DNA of 64,000 nucleotides from Spirochaetaceae bacterium 4572_59. Lineage in GTDB: Bacteria > Spirochaetota > Spirochaetia > DSM-2461. This document shows positions 21,352 through 31,140 of the stretch, one piece after another. A program made the position numbers and the translations under genes. The stretch lies in assembly GCA_002084805.1 (NCBI GenBank), contig NBMC01000005.1, forward strand, positions 29,520 to 93,519, read 5' to 3'. Each line of letters opens with the position of its first letter. Positions within the stretch are counted from its first letter, which is position 1. The notes under the pieces were generated by a model. That model saw nothing but the letters and a program-made list of their open reading frames with translations. It did not search any database and had not been told where the DNA came from.

Positions 21352-22753
21352 GCCGTTCTTCTTCCGGATAGTAGTTCATAAATAATCGGATCAGATCGAC
21401 CGTTTCCCCTTTTAAAGCTGTAAAGAGACCATACAGCAAGTTCTCATTCCCTACAAGACAGGTATAATCCTCATTATATCTGTTGTAATGGCCTGTGCGG
21501 ATACCCAGACTCCAGCTGTTATCACTGAGGTACCAGATATTCTCAAATTGGTACTGCAGGTCTCTCTTATTTAAATATTCGGCATGAAAGGATATATCAC
21601 TTACAGCTTTGGAATTTTTTTTATACCGGAACTGCAGATCCCCGTAGGGAACAAGGTCTTCCTGCACTGAGAAAACATCATTTTCAAGGCGCATAAAATC
21701 ACCCCATTTGGCGGCTCCCTTAAAGTAGTAATCCCATGATGCGGATTGACCGGAGAACCCGGCACCCCCATCCAGCCACCCTGTAAACTCTGTCAGCCCC
21801 AGAGGATGGTCCTCCCGCAGCCCCAGACGCATCCTGCTTTCCCCATCAAAATAAGCTCTTGTCATAGTAATAAAAAAACTAAGATCATCAGGGGTTACAA
21901 TGGAGAGGGTTCCTTCGGGGTAAAACGAGAGATCTGCCGAATCCGTCCGGTACTCCATGGCCAGACTTGCATCTGCCCCCCCACCGCTCCAGCCCCCGGA
22001 AAATCCCAGAGAAGGACGAAATCTATACTCACTGCTGCCGGATTCCATTTTTCCATCGACAGACATAGCAATCGAGGGTTGCCAAGAGAAATCAGTCAAA
22101 ACAACAGCAGTTTCCATACGGGGCAGAATGAAGAAATCCTCCTTATCGGGCTGCAGAACAAACAAGGAGAGCTTTTGAGGAAAAAGAGCCCTGTCTGAAA
22201 TATACTCATCCTGATAATTACCCAAAACATAGAGATCTTCCTCGTCCTTCATCCTGCAGGCAGCGCTTAAAAGAAAATCGGAACCCTCCTTAAAACGATA
22301 GCCCCCGGCCAGCCATGCCGGTAGATCCTCATCCCGTTCATAGCTTCCTGCCAGAAACAAAGAGGAGCCCATAACTGGAAGGTACTGGTTCCAAGTGAGA
22401 TCCGCAGCATTATTAAAAGATGAGTTCAGAGCAATATATGAAAGTTTCTGTTCGGTCAGAAGAGGTGAAATAACCGGAACAGGGAGCACGAGAGTAAGGA
22501 AATCCTCTATCACATATTGTTCTTTGAATGAGTTCTGAATTTCTTGTATAAGAATTTCTGAAAGAGGCGGATTTTCCGACTTGAGAATAAGAGGAGGAAA
22601 ATCAGAAACCATAAATACATCAGGGAGCAGTGTATCGGGCCGGGTATTCCGGGCATATTCGATGTCCCGCTGCAATTCAATCCTTTCGGATGACTGAGCA
22701 GAGAGAGGTAAAACAATTATGGATATAACAATTAGTATGGTCAGAGGGCGCAT
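21314..22753 (-). CDS. secreted hypothetical protein, beta-barrel-like
   Basis: 479 aa with signal peptide MRPLTILIVISIIVLPLSAQS and alternating aromatic/Gly-rich strands. It is the first gene of the minus-strand block leading to tamB-bamA-skp. I recognise no motif. Confidence 0.55.
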   Translation of the reverse strand: MRPLTILIVISIIVLPLSAQSSERIELQRDIEYARNTRPDTLLPDVFMVSDFPPLILKSENPPLSEILIQEIQNSFKEQYVIEDFLTLVLPVPVISPLLTEQKLSYIALNSSFNNAADLTWNQYLPVMGSSLFLAGSYERDEDLPAWLAGGYRFKEGSDFLLSAACRMKDEEDLYVLGNYQDEYISDRALFPQKLSLFVLQPDKEDFFILPRMETAVVLTDFSWQPSIAMSVDGKMESGSSEYRFRPSLGFSGGWSGGGADASLAMEYRTDSADLSFYPEGTLSIVTPDDLSFFITMTRAYFDGESRMRLGLREDHPLGLTEFTGWLDGGAGFSGQSASWDYYFKGAAKWGDFMRLENDVFSVQEDLVPYGDLQFRYKKNSKAVSDISFHAEYLNKRDLQYQFENIWYLSDNSWSLGIRTGHYNRYNEDYTCLVGNENLLYGLFTALKGETVDLIRLFMNYYPEEERLDGGITLRLSYE

Positions 22754-22799
22754 TTGTGTATTATTCTATCGGAATAAGATGAATAGGCAAGGACAGAAA

Positions 22800-23405
22800 A
22801 TGAGTTTATCCAATAAATTTGTTGTGCTGGAAGGACTGGACGGCTCCGGAACAACAACACAATTGAACAAAATATATGATTACTGCCGGGATAATGGCAT
22901 CCCCTGCTGGAAAACCTTTGAACCCTCAGACGGTTTTATCGGCAAGGCCGCCAGGGCAATTCTGGAAAAAAGAGAAACGGCAGACCCTCTCACTCTGGCA
23001 CAGCTTTTTGCTGCGGACAGAAGAGAGCACCTGAAAGAGATTCATGAACGAATCAAAAAGGGAGAATGGGTCTTCTGCGACCGCTACCTCTACTCATCCC
23101 TGGCATACCAGTCCCTGGATCTCAGCTTTGAGACTGTCTGGGATCTGAATCGGGATTTTCCCCATCCGGATATCTGTTTTTATCTGGAATGCTCCATCGA
23201 AACCTCGACTAAACGGCGAGGCGGACGCAGCAGCGGCGATGACATTTACGAGACCGAGCAGCTTCAGCACCGGGTTGCCATGAATTATGAAAAAGCCTTT
23301 GAGACCCTGAGAGATGCTCCGGAAGTACTGCAGCGAATTGACGGAGAAGCAGCTCCGGATGCCATAACGTCCCGTATCCTTAAAATACTGAAATTGGATA
23401 TGTGA
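22800..23405 (+). CDS. tmk: dTMP (thymidylate) kinase
   Basis: P-loop LEGLDGSGTTTQ and DRYLYSSLAYQ. ORF 22719.. was trimmed to the ATG at 22800, which has AAGGA 7 nt upstream. An ATG at 22779 is an alternative. Confidence 0.88.
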   Translation: MSLSNKFVVLEGLDGSGTTTQLNKIYDYCRDNGIPCWKTFEPSDGFIGKAARAILEKRETADPLTLAQLFAADRREHLKEIHERIKKGEWVFCDRYLYSSLAYQSLDLSFETVWDLNRDFPHPDICFYLECSIETSTKRRGGRSSGDDIYETEQLQHRVAMNYEKAFETLRDAPEVLQRIDGEAAPDAITSRILKILKLDM

Positions 23406-23450
23406 TAATTCCGGCTAATCCTCATATAGAGGAAGGCCGATACAGAATAT

Positions 23451-24062
23451 GTGAGAGTTTACAAAAAACTGATACTGCTTCTCTGCCTCTTTCTGACGGC
23501 ATCTCCCCTCTGGGCGTATAAGATCCTCTACGCGGAGCAGTGGTATAAACTATATCATCAACATCTCTATCAGTATCCTGAAGATAGCATGGAAAATATC
23601 CACTATCTTGGAATGGCACTCCGTTCAGACTTTGCCAATCCCTTGAATGCTATGGCAAAAATAGAAGATGAGAGAGAGTGGGAAAAGTACCGCTACCTCT
23701 TTTATATGCATGTGAATCTGAGATTAATTGACTCCTACCTTCAACTGGGCAATAAATACAATAAGAGGAACGCCTACTTTTACAACTACCCCTGGAAATT
23801 CTCCAATCTGGATAGCCTGAAAACGGCGGAAGAGTGTTACCGTTATGCTCTTAATTTCTGGGAGGATGCTCAGGAATGGTCTGCCAAGGCGGCTGAGCAG
23901 AAGTTTGCCTGGATGTTTATTGAAGAGGTTCAATTCTGGGAAGATGAATCCTACCGGATTCAGACAGACGACCTGAACTACGGCCGTACGATTCAGCGGG
24001 AACTGGACCGCCTGCAGGCTGTGAGAGAAAAATTTGAGGCCATGAATCCCGATAGCTATTGA
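23451..24062 (+). CDS. secreted hypothetical protein
   Basis: 203 aa with signal peptide (KKLILLLCLFLTASPLWA) and a W/Y/E-rich helical body. No motif recognised. Confidence 0.55.
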   Translation: MRVYKKLILLLCLFLTASPLWAYKILYAEQWYKLYHQHLYQYPEDSMENIHYLGMALRSDFANPLNAMAKIEDEREWEKYRYLFYMHVNLRLIDSYLQLGNKYNKRNAYFYNYPWKFSNLDSLKTAEECYRYALNFWEDAQEWSAKAAEQKFAWMFIEEVQFWEDESYRIQTDDLNYGRTIQRELDRLQAVREKFEAMNPDSY

Positions 24063-24124
24063 TAGGGCTCCCCGGTAAGCCTGTTGATCTGTCCAATTGT
24101 GGTCTTTAATACAGGACGTTGAAT

Positions 24125-24313
24125 TTAGAAGAAAACAGCAGGGGAAACGTGATATTTCTCTGCTAATCTTTTTATTTGTCCTTTATTCAAGGACCGTTTT
24201 CCGTTGAGGATTTCGCTGATAACAGTAAGCGGTGCAATATCGGCTAAATCCTTTTCATAGGACTGAACCGCTGCAGAAATAAGTTTAAGAACTCTTCTTA
24301 ATGAGGATCTTTC
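24125..24313 (-). pseudogene. HigA-type (XRE HTH) antitoxin remnant
   Basis: 62-codon open frame with no start codon: ...LKLISAAVQSYEKDLADIAPLTVISEILNGKRSLNKGQIKRLAEKYHVSPAVFF*. The C-terminal HTH matches the HigA pattern (SE-LNGKR-L....I.KL....V....F) and the N-terminal half is missing or condensed. Confidence 0.6.
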
Positions 24314-24467
24314 CTACACCCTCTGCTGCAGGAAAGATCTTTTGTACATACTGGATCTTGCTGAAAGAATGCTCTTTCATGAGCTTGACCCATACATCGA
24401 TAGCTTTCCGGGCATCTGAATACTTTTTCTTTGCCGCATCAAGCGCAGTCTTGTTGACTATCTCCAA
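24285..24467 (-). pseudogene. HigB-family toxin remnant (N-terminal ~55 residues only)
   Basis: (TTG)EIVNKTALDAAKKKYSDARKAIDVWVKLMKEHSFSKIQYVQKIFPAAEGVGK follows the HigB N-terminal pattern. The frame then stops and runs into the antitoxin remnant in another frame. Confidence 0.55.
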
Positions 24468-24702
24468 TAATAATAACCTCCAGCACCCACACCACACCGG
24501 ATGTATGGGTGAGCAGTAAGCTTGCTTACGACCAGCCTGGATCTCCAGAAGAATCAAACACCCACTGAACAGTATTTAGATACTACTGCTTATCCTTTTA
24601 TTACAGACCTTGATGATAAGGTGCTTCCCCTTTATAAGAGTACTCAGATTATTCGAGAAAGGATTCTCAGGACCTTTTATGGTATGTAAATAATTCCGTA
24701 TG

Positions 24703-25722
24703 TTATTGTATCATCATAGCGTCACCATATGAAAAGAACATATAGCGCTTCTCCACAGCTTCCGCATAGGCCTTTCTGATATACTCCTGCCCCGCAAAAG
24801 TGGATACCAGCACCAGAAGAGTTGACTCCGGGGTGTGAAAGTTCGTAAAAACCCTGTTTACCACCTTAAACTCATAACCGGGATAGATAAACAACTTTGT
24901 CGAGCTAAGCCCCCGGTGGAGCTTCTCTCCCTCCCAGGCCGATTCCAGGGTCCGGATACTGGTTGTTCCCACAGCCAGAATAGGCCTTCCCTCACGCCGG
25001 GCCTTTTCTACCTTGTCGGCGGTTTCATCTGAAACAAAAAACTGCTCTTCATGCATTTTATGATCCAGCAGTTTTTCTGTCCGTACCGGTTCAAACGTAC
25101 CCAGTCCCACATGAAGGGTAACATAGGCAGTTTCAATCCCTTTAGCCTCCAGTTTCTCCAGGATATCCTCTGTAAAATGCAGACTGGCCGTAGGGGCCGC
25201 AACAGATCCTGTCTCGCTGGAGAAAACCGACTGATAACGTTCAGAGTCGGAAGCGGTATCCTCCCGCTTGATATAGGGAGGCAGGGGAATATGACCATGC
25301 TCTTCCAGCCAGGTTTCATCTATTTCTTCAGAAAATTCCACCAAGCGGTGATTTGTGCTCAGCTCTTCCCTGATTGTTCCTGTCACGCCGCCGGGGAAAC
25401 TGAGAACCTTACCCACTTTCTGCTTTTTGGCTTTTGAAACCATGCATTTCCAGTGGGAGGGGTCCTGTTCTTCCAGAAAGAAGAACTCTACCTTCCCGCC
25501 TGTCTTTGATTGAGCATACACCCGGGCTTTCCGCACACGGGAGTTATTAAAAATAACCAGAGTACCCGGTTCGACCAGATCGACAAAGTCCTGCATGTTT
25601 TTATGTTCAATTGTATGTGTGTCTCTGTTCAGTACCATAAGATTTGCCGTACCCCGCTCTTCGGGGGGATTCTGGGCAATTAGTTCCTGCGGGAGATCAA
25701 AAGAGAAGTTCTTGATTTTCAT
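24703..25722 (-). CDS. queA: S-adenosylmethionine:tRNA ribosyltransferase-isomerase
   Basis: 339 aa: [19 protein letters not shown]..., PLPPYIKR, and [17 protein letters not shown]. Confidence 0.95.
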   Translation of the reverse strand: MKIKNFSFDLPQELIAQNPPEERGTANLMVLNRDTHTIEHKNMQDFVDLVEPGTLVIFNNSRVRKARVYAQSKTGGKVEFFFLEEQDPSHWKCMVSKAKKQKVGKVLSFPGGVTGTIREELSTNHRLVEFSEEIDETWLEEHGHIPLPPYIKREDTASDSERYQSVFSSETGSVAAPTASLHFTEDILEKLEAKGIETAYVTLHVGLGTFEPVRTEKLLDHKMHEEQFFVSDETADKVEKARREGRPILAVGTTSIRTLESAWEGEKLHRGLSSTKLFIYPGYEFKVVNRVFTNFHTPESTLLVLVSTFAGQEYIRKAYAEAVEKRYMFFSYGDAMMIQ

Positions 25723-26728
25723 TAATACCTGATTCCATTCCTAAATGTTTGTAGGCCAGAGCTGTTGCCACCCGGCCTCTTGGTGTCCGTTTGATAAATC
25801 CCTGCTGTATCATGTAAGGTTCATAAAAATCTTCCAGAGAGTCAATTCCCTCACCCACAGATATAGCAAGGGTTTCCGCTCCTACGGGACCACCGCCGTA
25901 TTTAACAATCAGCGCCCGAAGGATCTCCCTGTCAACCCGTTCCAGTCCTTTTTCATCCACCTCAAGCCTCTGCAGGCCATTACGGACGATATCTTCCGTA
26001 ATGATGCCCTCAGCTTCCACCTGGGCAAAGTCACGCATCCTGCGGAGAAGACGGTTAGCGATACGTGGGGTTCCGCGACTGGATCCGGACAACAGTACCG
26101 CCGCGTCCGTTGTAATGGTAATATTATAGATAGAGGCAGTCCGTCTGATAATCTGCTGCAACTCCTGAGAATTGTAAAAGTTCATCCGCACATTGATACC
26201 AAAACGGGTATAGAGAGGACTGGTCACATTTCCCGGTTTTGTTGTGGCTCCCACCATGGTAAAGGGTGGCACAGGAATCCGGATAGTCCGGGCTGATGGC
26301 CCCTGACCGATAATCCAGTCCAGCTCATAATCTTCCATGGCAATATAAAGCATCTCTTCAATAGCCGGTTTCAAACGGTGAATTTCATCTATAAAGAATA
26401 CGGTTCTATCTGAAATTGTTGTCAGAAGCCCCGCAAGATCTTTCGGCTTATCAAGAGCCGGTGCAGAGGTTACACGGGTTTCCACACCCAGCTCATTGGC
26501 CATAATGCCAGCCAGTGTGGTTTTTCCCAGTCCGGGAGGGCCGGAGAGGAACACATGATCCAGAGCCTCCTGACGCTCTTTGGCGGCCTGGATAAAGACT
26601 TTCAGATTACTTTTAATATCTTCCTGACCGAGAAATTCATCAAGCATCTTGGGACGGATCGGATTATCTACCGGATCTTCTCCCTGATGAGACATTCCTG
26701 AAAGTAAATTGTCTTCTGTCATATCCAA
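25697..26728 (-). CDS. ruvB: Holliday junction branch migration ATPase RuvB
   Basis: 343 aa with Walker [18 protein letters not shown] and RTPRG. Confidence 0.97.
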   Translation of the reverse strand: MDMTEDNLLSGMSHQGEDPVDNPIRPKMLDEFLGQEDIKSNLKVFIQAAKERQEALDHVFLSGPPGLGKTTLAGIMANELGVETRVTSAPALDKPKDLAGLLTTISDRTVFFIDEIHRLKPAIEEMLYIAMEDYELDWIIGQGPSARTIRIPVPPFTMVGATTKPGNVTSPLYTRFGINVRMNFYNSQELQQIIRRTASIYNITITTDAAVLLSGSSRGTPRIANRLLRRMRDFAQVEAEGIITEDIVRNGLQRLEVDEKGLERVDREILRALIVKYGGGPVGAETLAISVGEGIDSLEDFYEPYMIQQGFIKRTPRGRVATALAYKHLGMESGINENQELLF

Positions 26729-26737
26729 TAGGGCCTC

Positions 26738-27340
26738 CTAGGAACTCAACTCAACAATAGCACGTCTGAGGATTTCCTGTTCTCTTCTGTTTTCCGGAAG
26801 GGCCTGTATATCCTTGTTTTTCAAAAGATTATTAATAGCGCTTTGAACCTGTCTTTTCTCAAAGCCCATGGCTGCGAGAGATTCAATCAGCTCAGATCCC
26901 GGTCCGGTGGGGGTTCCACCCCTGGCAGTACCATCATCCCAGCTGAGCCTGCCCTTCAGTTTAAGCATGATCTTTTGAGCTGTCGCTTTTCCCAATCCCG
27001 GTAGAGAGGTAAGACCGCTGAGATTATCCTCTTCCAAATACTGCACAATCTGATCCGCCCTTGCAGCAGAAAGGATCTTTAAAGCTCCCTTGGGACCGAC
27101 ACCGCTGACAGAGATCAGATCCAGAAAAAGAGAACGTTCGTTTTTTGTGAAAAAACCGTAAAGGGCCATCATATCTTCTTTATGATAAAGCCAGGTAAAA
27201 AGCTTACCCTCCGTACCGACAGCAGGAGTAGCGCTTATGGTCATGGACGAAGCTTCAATCTGCCACTCAACACCCTGAATCTCAAGGCAGACAGAGTTGG
27301 CATTTTTTTCAGTAATGGTGCCGCGCAGGCTGTTAATCAC
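26738..27340 (-). CDS. ruvA: Holliday junction DNA helicase subunit RuvA
   Basis: RuvA-like (INSLRGTITEK..., HhH LISVSGVGPKGALKIL). I prefer the GTG at 27338-27340, which has AGGAG upstream and overlaps the ruvC TAG by 1 nt (TAGTG). The ORF-track ATG at 27367 is the alternative. Confidence 0.88.
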   Translation of the reverse strand: MINSLRGTITEKNANSVCLEIQGVEWQIEASSMTISATPAVGTEGKLFTWLYHKEDMMALYGFFTKNERSLFLDLISVSGVGPKGALKILSAARADQIVQYLEEDNLSGLTSLPGLGKATAQKIMLKLKGRLSWDDGTARGGTPTGPGSELIESLAAMGFEKRQVQSAINNLLKNKDIQALPENRREQEILRRAIVELSS

Positions 27341-27816
27341 TATCTTTCTCCTGTATGGGCATGACAAATGGCAGCAGCCAGTGCATCGGCTGCATGATCC
27401 GGCTTGGGAGATTCCGGTAGCTTAAGCAGGAGGGCTACCATCATCTGCACCTGATTCTTATCTGCCCGGCCATTCCCTACAACGGCTTGTTTAATCTGAA
27501 GAGGAGTATATTCAAATGCAGGAATACCCGATTCGGCTGCAGCCAGGAGTAAAACTCCCCGGGCCTGTGCAACAGGAAGGGCTGATGAAATATTTTTGGC
27601 AAAATAGAGAGTTTCTATGGCCACTGATTCCGGCTTATACTCCTCTAAAACAGAACAGAGCCCCTTAAAAAGGCTCTGCAGTCTCAAAGATGAGGGCTGA
27701 TTGCTTTTTGTATTTAATACACCGTGTGCCACATGCCGCCCCCGCTGTCCATCGTGACTCACTATACCCCAGCCGGCATGAGCTAGTCCGGGGTCTATTC
27801 CCATAATTAAGGGCAT
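27340..27816 (-). CDS. ruvC: crossover junction endodeoxyribonuclease RuvC
   Basis: 158 aa with MGIDPGLAHAGWGIV (catalytic Asp) and a C-terminal HAADALAAAICH. Confidence 0.93.
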   Translation of the reverse strand: MPLIMGIDPGLAHAGWGIVSHDGQRGRHVAHGVLNTKSNQPSSLRLQSLFKGLCSVLEEYKPESVAIETLYFAKNISSALPVAQARGVLLLAAAESGIPAFEYTPLQIKQAVVGNGRADKNQVQMMVALLLKLPESPKPDHAADALAAAICHAHTGER

Positions 27817-28556
27817 TATTCCATATCGAAATCTGAGGGAACATCCAAGTTACTGGCAACAGACTGAACATCGTCATTATCTTCCAAACGATCAATCAGT
27901 CTCAGAACTTTAGCAGTGTGCTCTTTATCCAGAGTAACAGTGTTTTCGGGGACCATGGAAACTTCTGCTCCCAACTGCTCAAAACCGGCTTCCTGAAGAG
28001 TGGTAAGGACAGTTTCAAAATCACCGGGTTCTGTAATAACTTCAATATTACCATCTTCATCGGTCACATCTTCAGCGCCCGCTTCAAGAGCCGCTTCAAA
28101 AAGAGTATCGAAATCCACACTCTCTCCGTTATAGGATAAAACACCCTTTCTTTTGAACTGATAGGAAACGGAACCGGCAGCAGCCAGTGATCCACCGCCT
28201 TTACTCAGGATGCTTCTTACATCGGCAGCAGTCCGGTTCTTGTTATCCGTTAAAGTAGAAATCAACATCCCGACGCCGCCGGGAGCATAAGCTTCATACT
28301 GCAGTTCAATATAATCCACACCATCCATATCGCCAGAGCCTTTCTTAATGGCTTTATCGATATTGTCTTTAGGCATGTTGGCTGCTTTAGCTTTCAGAAT
28401 AACAGTTCGAAGGCTGGCATTGGCTTCAAGATCACCACCACCCATCTTAGCCGCGACGGTTATTTCCTTGATAATTTTTGTAAAGATCTTTCCTCTTTTG
28501 GCATCAAGTGCACCTTTCTTATGTTTAATGGTAGCCCATTTACTATGTCCTGACAT
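27816..28556 (-). CDS. yebC: YebC/PmpR family DNA-binding transcriptional regulator
   Basis: 246 aa starting [27 protein letters not shown], the family signature. Confidence 0.93.
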   Translation of the reverse strand: MSGHSKWATIKHKKGALDAKRGKIFTKIIKEITVAAKMGGGDLEANASLRTVILKAKAANMPKDNIDKAIKKGSGDMDGVDYIELQYEAYAPGGVGMLISTLTDNKNRTAADVRSILSKGGGSLAAAGSVSYQFKRKGVLSYNGESVDFDTLFEAALEAGAEDVTDEDGNIEVITEPGDFETVLTTLQEAGFEQLGAEVSMVPENTVTLDKEHTAKVLRLIDRLEDNDDVQSVASNLDVPSDFDME

Positions 28557-28616
28557 AAAAACTCCTTAGATAAGAAACTAAATCATGTAAAAAGTAGCAC
28601 AACAAAAATCAGGCTG

Positions 28617-29822
28617 TCAAGAACACACAGCAGACGAAAGGGGCCAATTGACCGGTCCGGCATAGTCGCTTGTATCAAGTTCGTCAAAAAAACTTATCAG
28701 AATTGTATTAAGCATGTCTAATCCGGCGGATGTTGTTTTAAGGGATATCTTATCCGTTTCAATAAATTTATCCCTCTTAAATCTGGCCAGGGCCAGAGGA
28801 AAAAGCTCTTCCGGCACACAAGAGAAAATCCTTCGAAAGGAGTTGAGATCGATCCCGCTGGTCACCCGGAGTCCCATCAAAAGATAATCTTTCAGAAAAT
28901 CTATAGGATCGGGCATTTCCCTGTTATCCAGAAGCACGGAACCCTCTGCATAGGATTTAACATCCTGAGCCACACGGTGACGCTCAATCCGCCCTTCCGG
29001 ATTCCGTATCATGGAAACTGCTCCGGGCCCGCAACCAAGATAGGGTCTCATTTCCCAATAGGCTCTGTTATGATTACAGCTCATAGTCGGAAGAGAAAAG
29101 TTGGAAACTTCATATCGAATGTATCCTGCCCGCTCAAGCAGCTGACAGCCCTCCGCCCAAACCTGTTCTTCTGTTCTTTCCGGCAGATTAAGGCTGTGGC
29201 GATTTGCCCATTGGTCTTCCAGAACTGTTCCTTTCTCAAGAGATAGAGAGTACCAGGATATATGATCGGGATGAAAGCTCAAGGCTTCTTTCAAATCGGC
29301 AAGCTGATCTTCTGCTGTCATCCCCGGCAATCCCTGAATCAGATCGAGGCTGATGGAAAGAGCTTTCTTACAGCTTAAGACTTCCAAAGCCCGCAGAATC
29401 TTCTTGCGAGAACTGTTGCGCCCGGCCAACTGCAGAAAAGAGTCCTGAAAAGTCTGAATACCAAGGCTAATCCGGTTAATTCCATCGTTCTGCCAACTTT
29501 TCAGATTGTTATGGCTGATATTTACGGGATTACACTCCAGGGTAAGCTCTTCTGGCAGCACTCCCCGATTTATAACTTTTATACGATTTAGAAGAGTGTG
29601 AATAAGTTCCGGAGAGAGAGAACCGGGAGTTCCTCCACCAATATAGATGGAATGAAAGCGATCAATTCCATAAGTAATCTTATCGTTTTCCACCTGTTTT
29701 GTTATCTCTAGAACCGTATCCTTACTGTAGGCATAGTCTGTAATAGAGTAAAAATCACAATAATCACATTTACTGGTGCAAAATGGAATATGAATATAGA
29801 GAGCAGCATCATAAAGTTTCAT
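28617..29822 (-). CDS. hemW: radical SAM family heme chaperone HemW / oxygen-independent coproporphyrinogen oxidase-like
   Basis: 401 aa with radical SAM CxxxCxxC (CTSKCDYCDF), GGGTP, and a HemN_C-like C-terminus. Confidence 0.85.
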   Translation of the reverse strand: MKLYDAALYIHIPFCTSKCDYCDFYSITDYAYSKDTVLEITKQVENDKITYGIDRFHSIYIGGGTPGSLSPELIHTLLNRIKVINRGVLPEELTLECNPVNISHNNLKSWQNDGINRISLGIQTFQDSFLQLAGRNSSRKKILRALEVLSCKKALSISLDLIQGLPGMTAEDQLADLKEALSFHPDHISWYSLSLEKGTVLEDQWANRHSLNLPERTEEQVWAEGCQLLERAGYIRYEVSNFSLPTMSCNHNRAYWEMRPYLGCGPGAVSMIRNPEGRIERHRVAQDVKSYAEGSVLLDNREMPDPIDFLKDYLLMGLRVTSGIDLNSFRRIFSCVPEELFPLALARFKRDKFIETDKISLKTTSAGLDMLNTILISFFDELDTSDYAGPVNWPLSSAVCS

Positions 29823-29829
29823 AAAACTC

Positions 29830-30543
29830 CTAAAAAGAAGACATTCGTCTAAAAGGAAAATAACGAAAAAAGACTTTCCCGAGGATATACTCCTCTTTTA
29901 ACGCTCCCCAGAGCAGGGAATCGTTCCCCATACCACGAGAATCACTGAGTATAAAAAACTCATTCTCGCCAAGACGAATCTCTTCCATGTCTCCATCAAA
30001 GGGATAGCCCTTTGTCCACCCTTCCGGAAGATAGGGATGATTGATTGTATAATTACCCTTTATCAAATCATATTCATGCACTTCAGAGCGTTTTCCTCCC
30101 TGAGTGATAAAAGCTTTGAAATTCTCAATCCGGATAGAATCTCCGGGAAGGGCAACTATCCTTTTTACCATATAAGGAATTTCCCATGCCGGACGGTTAT
30201 ATGAACTCATCTGAATCTTCTGAAAAGTAAAGAAACGAAGAAAGGGATTCATCAACTCAATAAAAGTCTGATTTTTTCTGTAGAAAGGAGGCTGAATAAC
30301 AACAAGGTCACCCCGGTCAAACATGGTCATAGTCTGCAGGGAAACCCGGGAAAAAAGGATACGATCCGAAGGCATCAGCAATGGCTCCATGGAACGGGAT
30401 CTTATTGTTAAGGGAGTTGAAATATAAATACTGAAAAACTGATACAACAGAAACAAAAAAATAATAACTACGATTCTGCGAACCCTTCTACCAGACATGG
30501 CTTTCCGGTCCTTATATGAGCGGACCCTTTTCGAACTATACAT
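29830..30543 (-). CDS. lepB: signal peptidase I
   Basis: 237 aa with a TM anchor, Ser box SRSMEPLL, Lys box VKRIVALPGDSI, and LSDSRGMGNDS. Confidence 0.85.
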   Translation of the reverse strand: MYSSKRVRSYKDRKAMSGRRVRRIVVIIFLFLLYQFFSIYISTPLTIRSRSMEPLLMPSDRILFSRVSLQTMTMFDRGDLVVIQPPFYRKNQTFIELMNPFLRFFTFQKIQMSSYNRPAWEIPYMVKRIVALPGDSIRIENFKAFITQGGKRSEVHEYDLIKGNYTINHPYLPEGWTKGYPFDGDMEEIRLGENEFFILSDSRGMGNDSLLWGALKEEYILGKVFFRYFPFRRMSSF

Positions 30544-30635
30544 GAATTATTACTAACCTCAGACATAAAGATGGCCATATTTTACCAGCTGATCAAGTCC
30601 CCACTGGTATTTTTTTATTCTCCCGGGATCTACAA

Positions 30636-30664
30636 TTGGCATAAACAGACTTTTCTTCTATAAT
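30636..30664 (+). promoter_or_regulatory. candidate sigma70-type promoter for smpB (possibly leaderless transcript)
   Basis: TTGGCA (30636-30641), a 17-nt spacer, then TATAAT (30659-30664). Only 8 nt separate the -10 from the smpB ATG at 30673 and there is no Shine-Dalgarno. Confidence 0.5.
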
Positions 30665-30672
30665 CTGCCTCT

Positions 30673-31140
30673 ATGGCTAAGAAAAAAAAGACCCCCTCTA
30701 ACGTGCTTGGAGTAAATAGAAAGGCCCGTTACAACTATACAGTATCTGAAACTCTGGAATGCGGTATTGCCCTGAAGGGAACTGAAGTGAAATCTTTCAA
30801 AATTTCAAAATTCTCTTTTCCCGACTCTTTTGTAGAGATCAGCAACCATGAATTGTTTGTGAAGAACCTGCAGGTTACTCCTTATGACTTTGGAAACATC
30901 CACAATCACGATCCTGCCCGTGTCAGAAAACTTCTTGCTCACAAACAGGAAATCAAAAAACTGGAAAGAAAAGTTTCTGAAAAAGGATTCACCCTTATTC
31001 CCCTGAAGTTCTACCTGGTTAAAGGCCGGGTTAAGGTGGAAGTGGGAGTCTGTAAGGGTAAGAAACAGTATGACAAGAGAGATACCATAAAGAAAAAAGA
31101 TATGTTACGAGAGGCGGAACGGAACTTTAAACATAACTAA
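30673..31140 (+). CDS. smpB: SsrA-binding protein SmpB
   Basis: 155 aa with NRKARYNYTVSETLECGIALKGTEVKS and a basic C-terminal tail. Confidence 0.95.
   Translation: MAKKKKTPSNVLGVNRKARYNYTVSETLECGIALKGTEVKSFKISKFSFPDSFVEISNHELFVKNLQVTPYDFGNIHNHDPARVRKLLAHKQEIKKLERKVSEKGFTLIPLKFYLVKGRVKVEVGVCKGKKQYDKRDTIKKKDMLREAERNFKHN

Noticed and set aside
24513-24688. 58-codon plus-strand open frame (...EQYLDTTAYPFITDLDDKVLPLYKSTQIIRERILRTFYGM*)
   Set aside because: It reads protein-like but has no ATG or GTG start and no motif I recognise. It may be another gene remnant, and that is unsupported without a search.
25745-26296. 183-aa plus-strand ORF
   Set aside because: It is antisense to ruvB, whose frame carries the Walker motifs.
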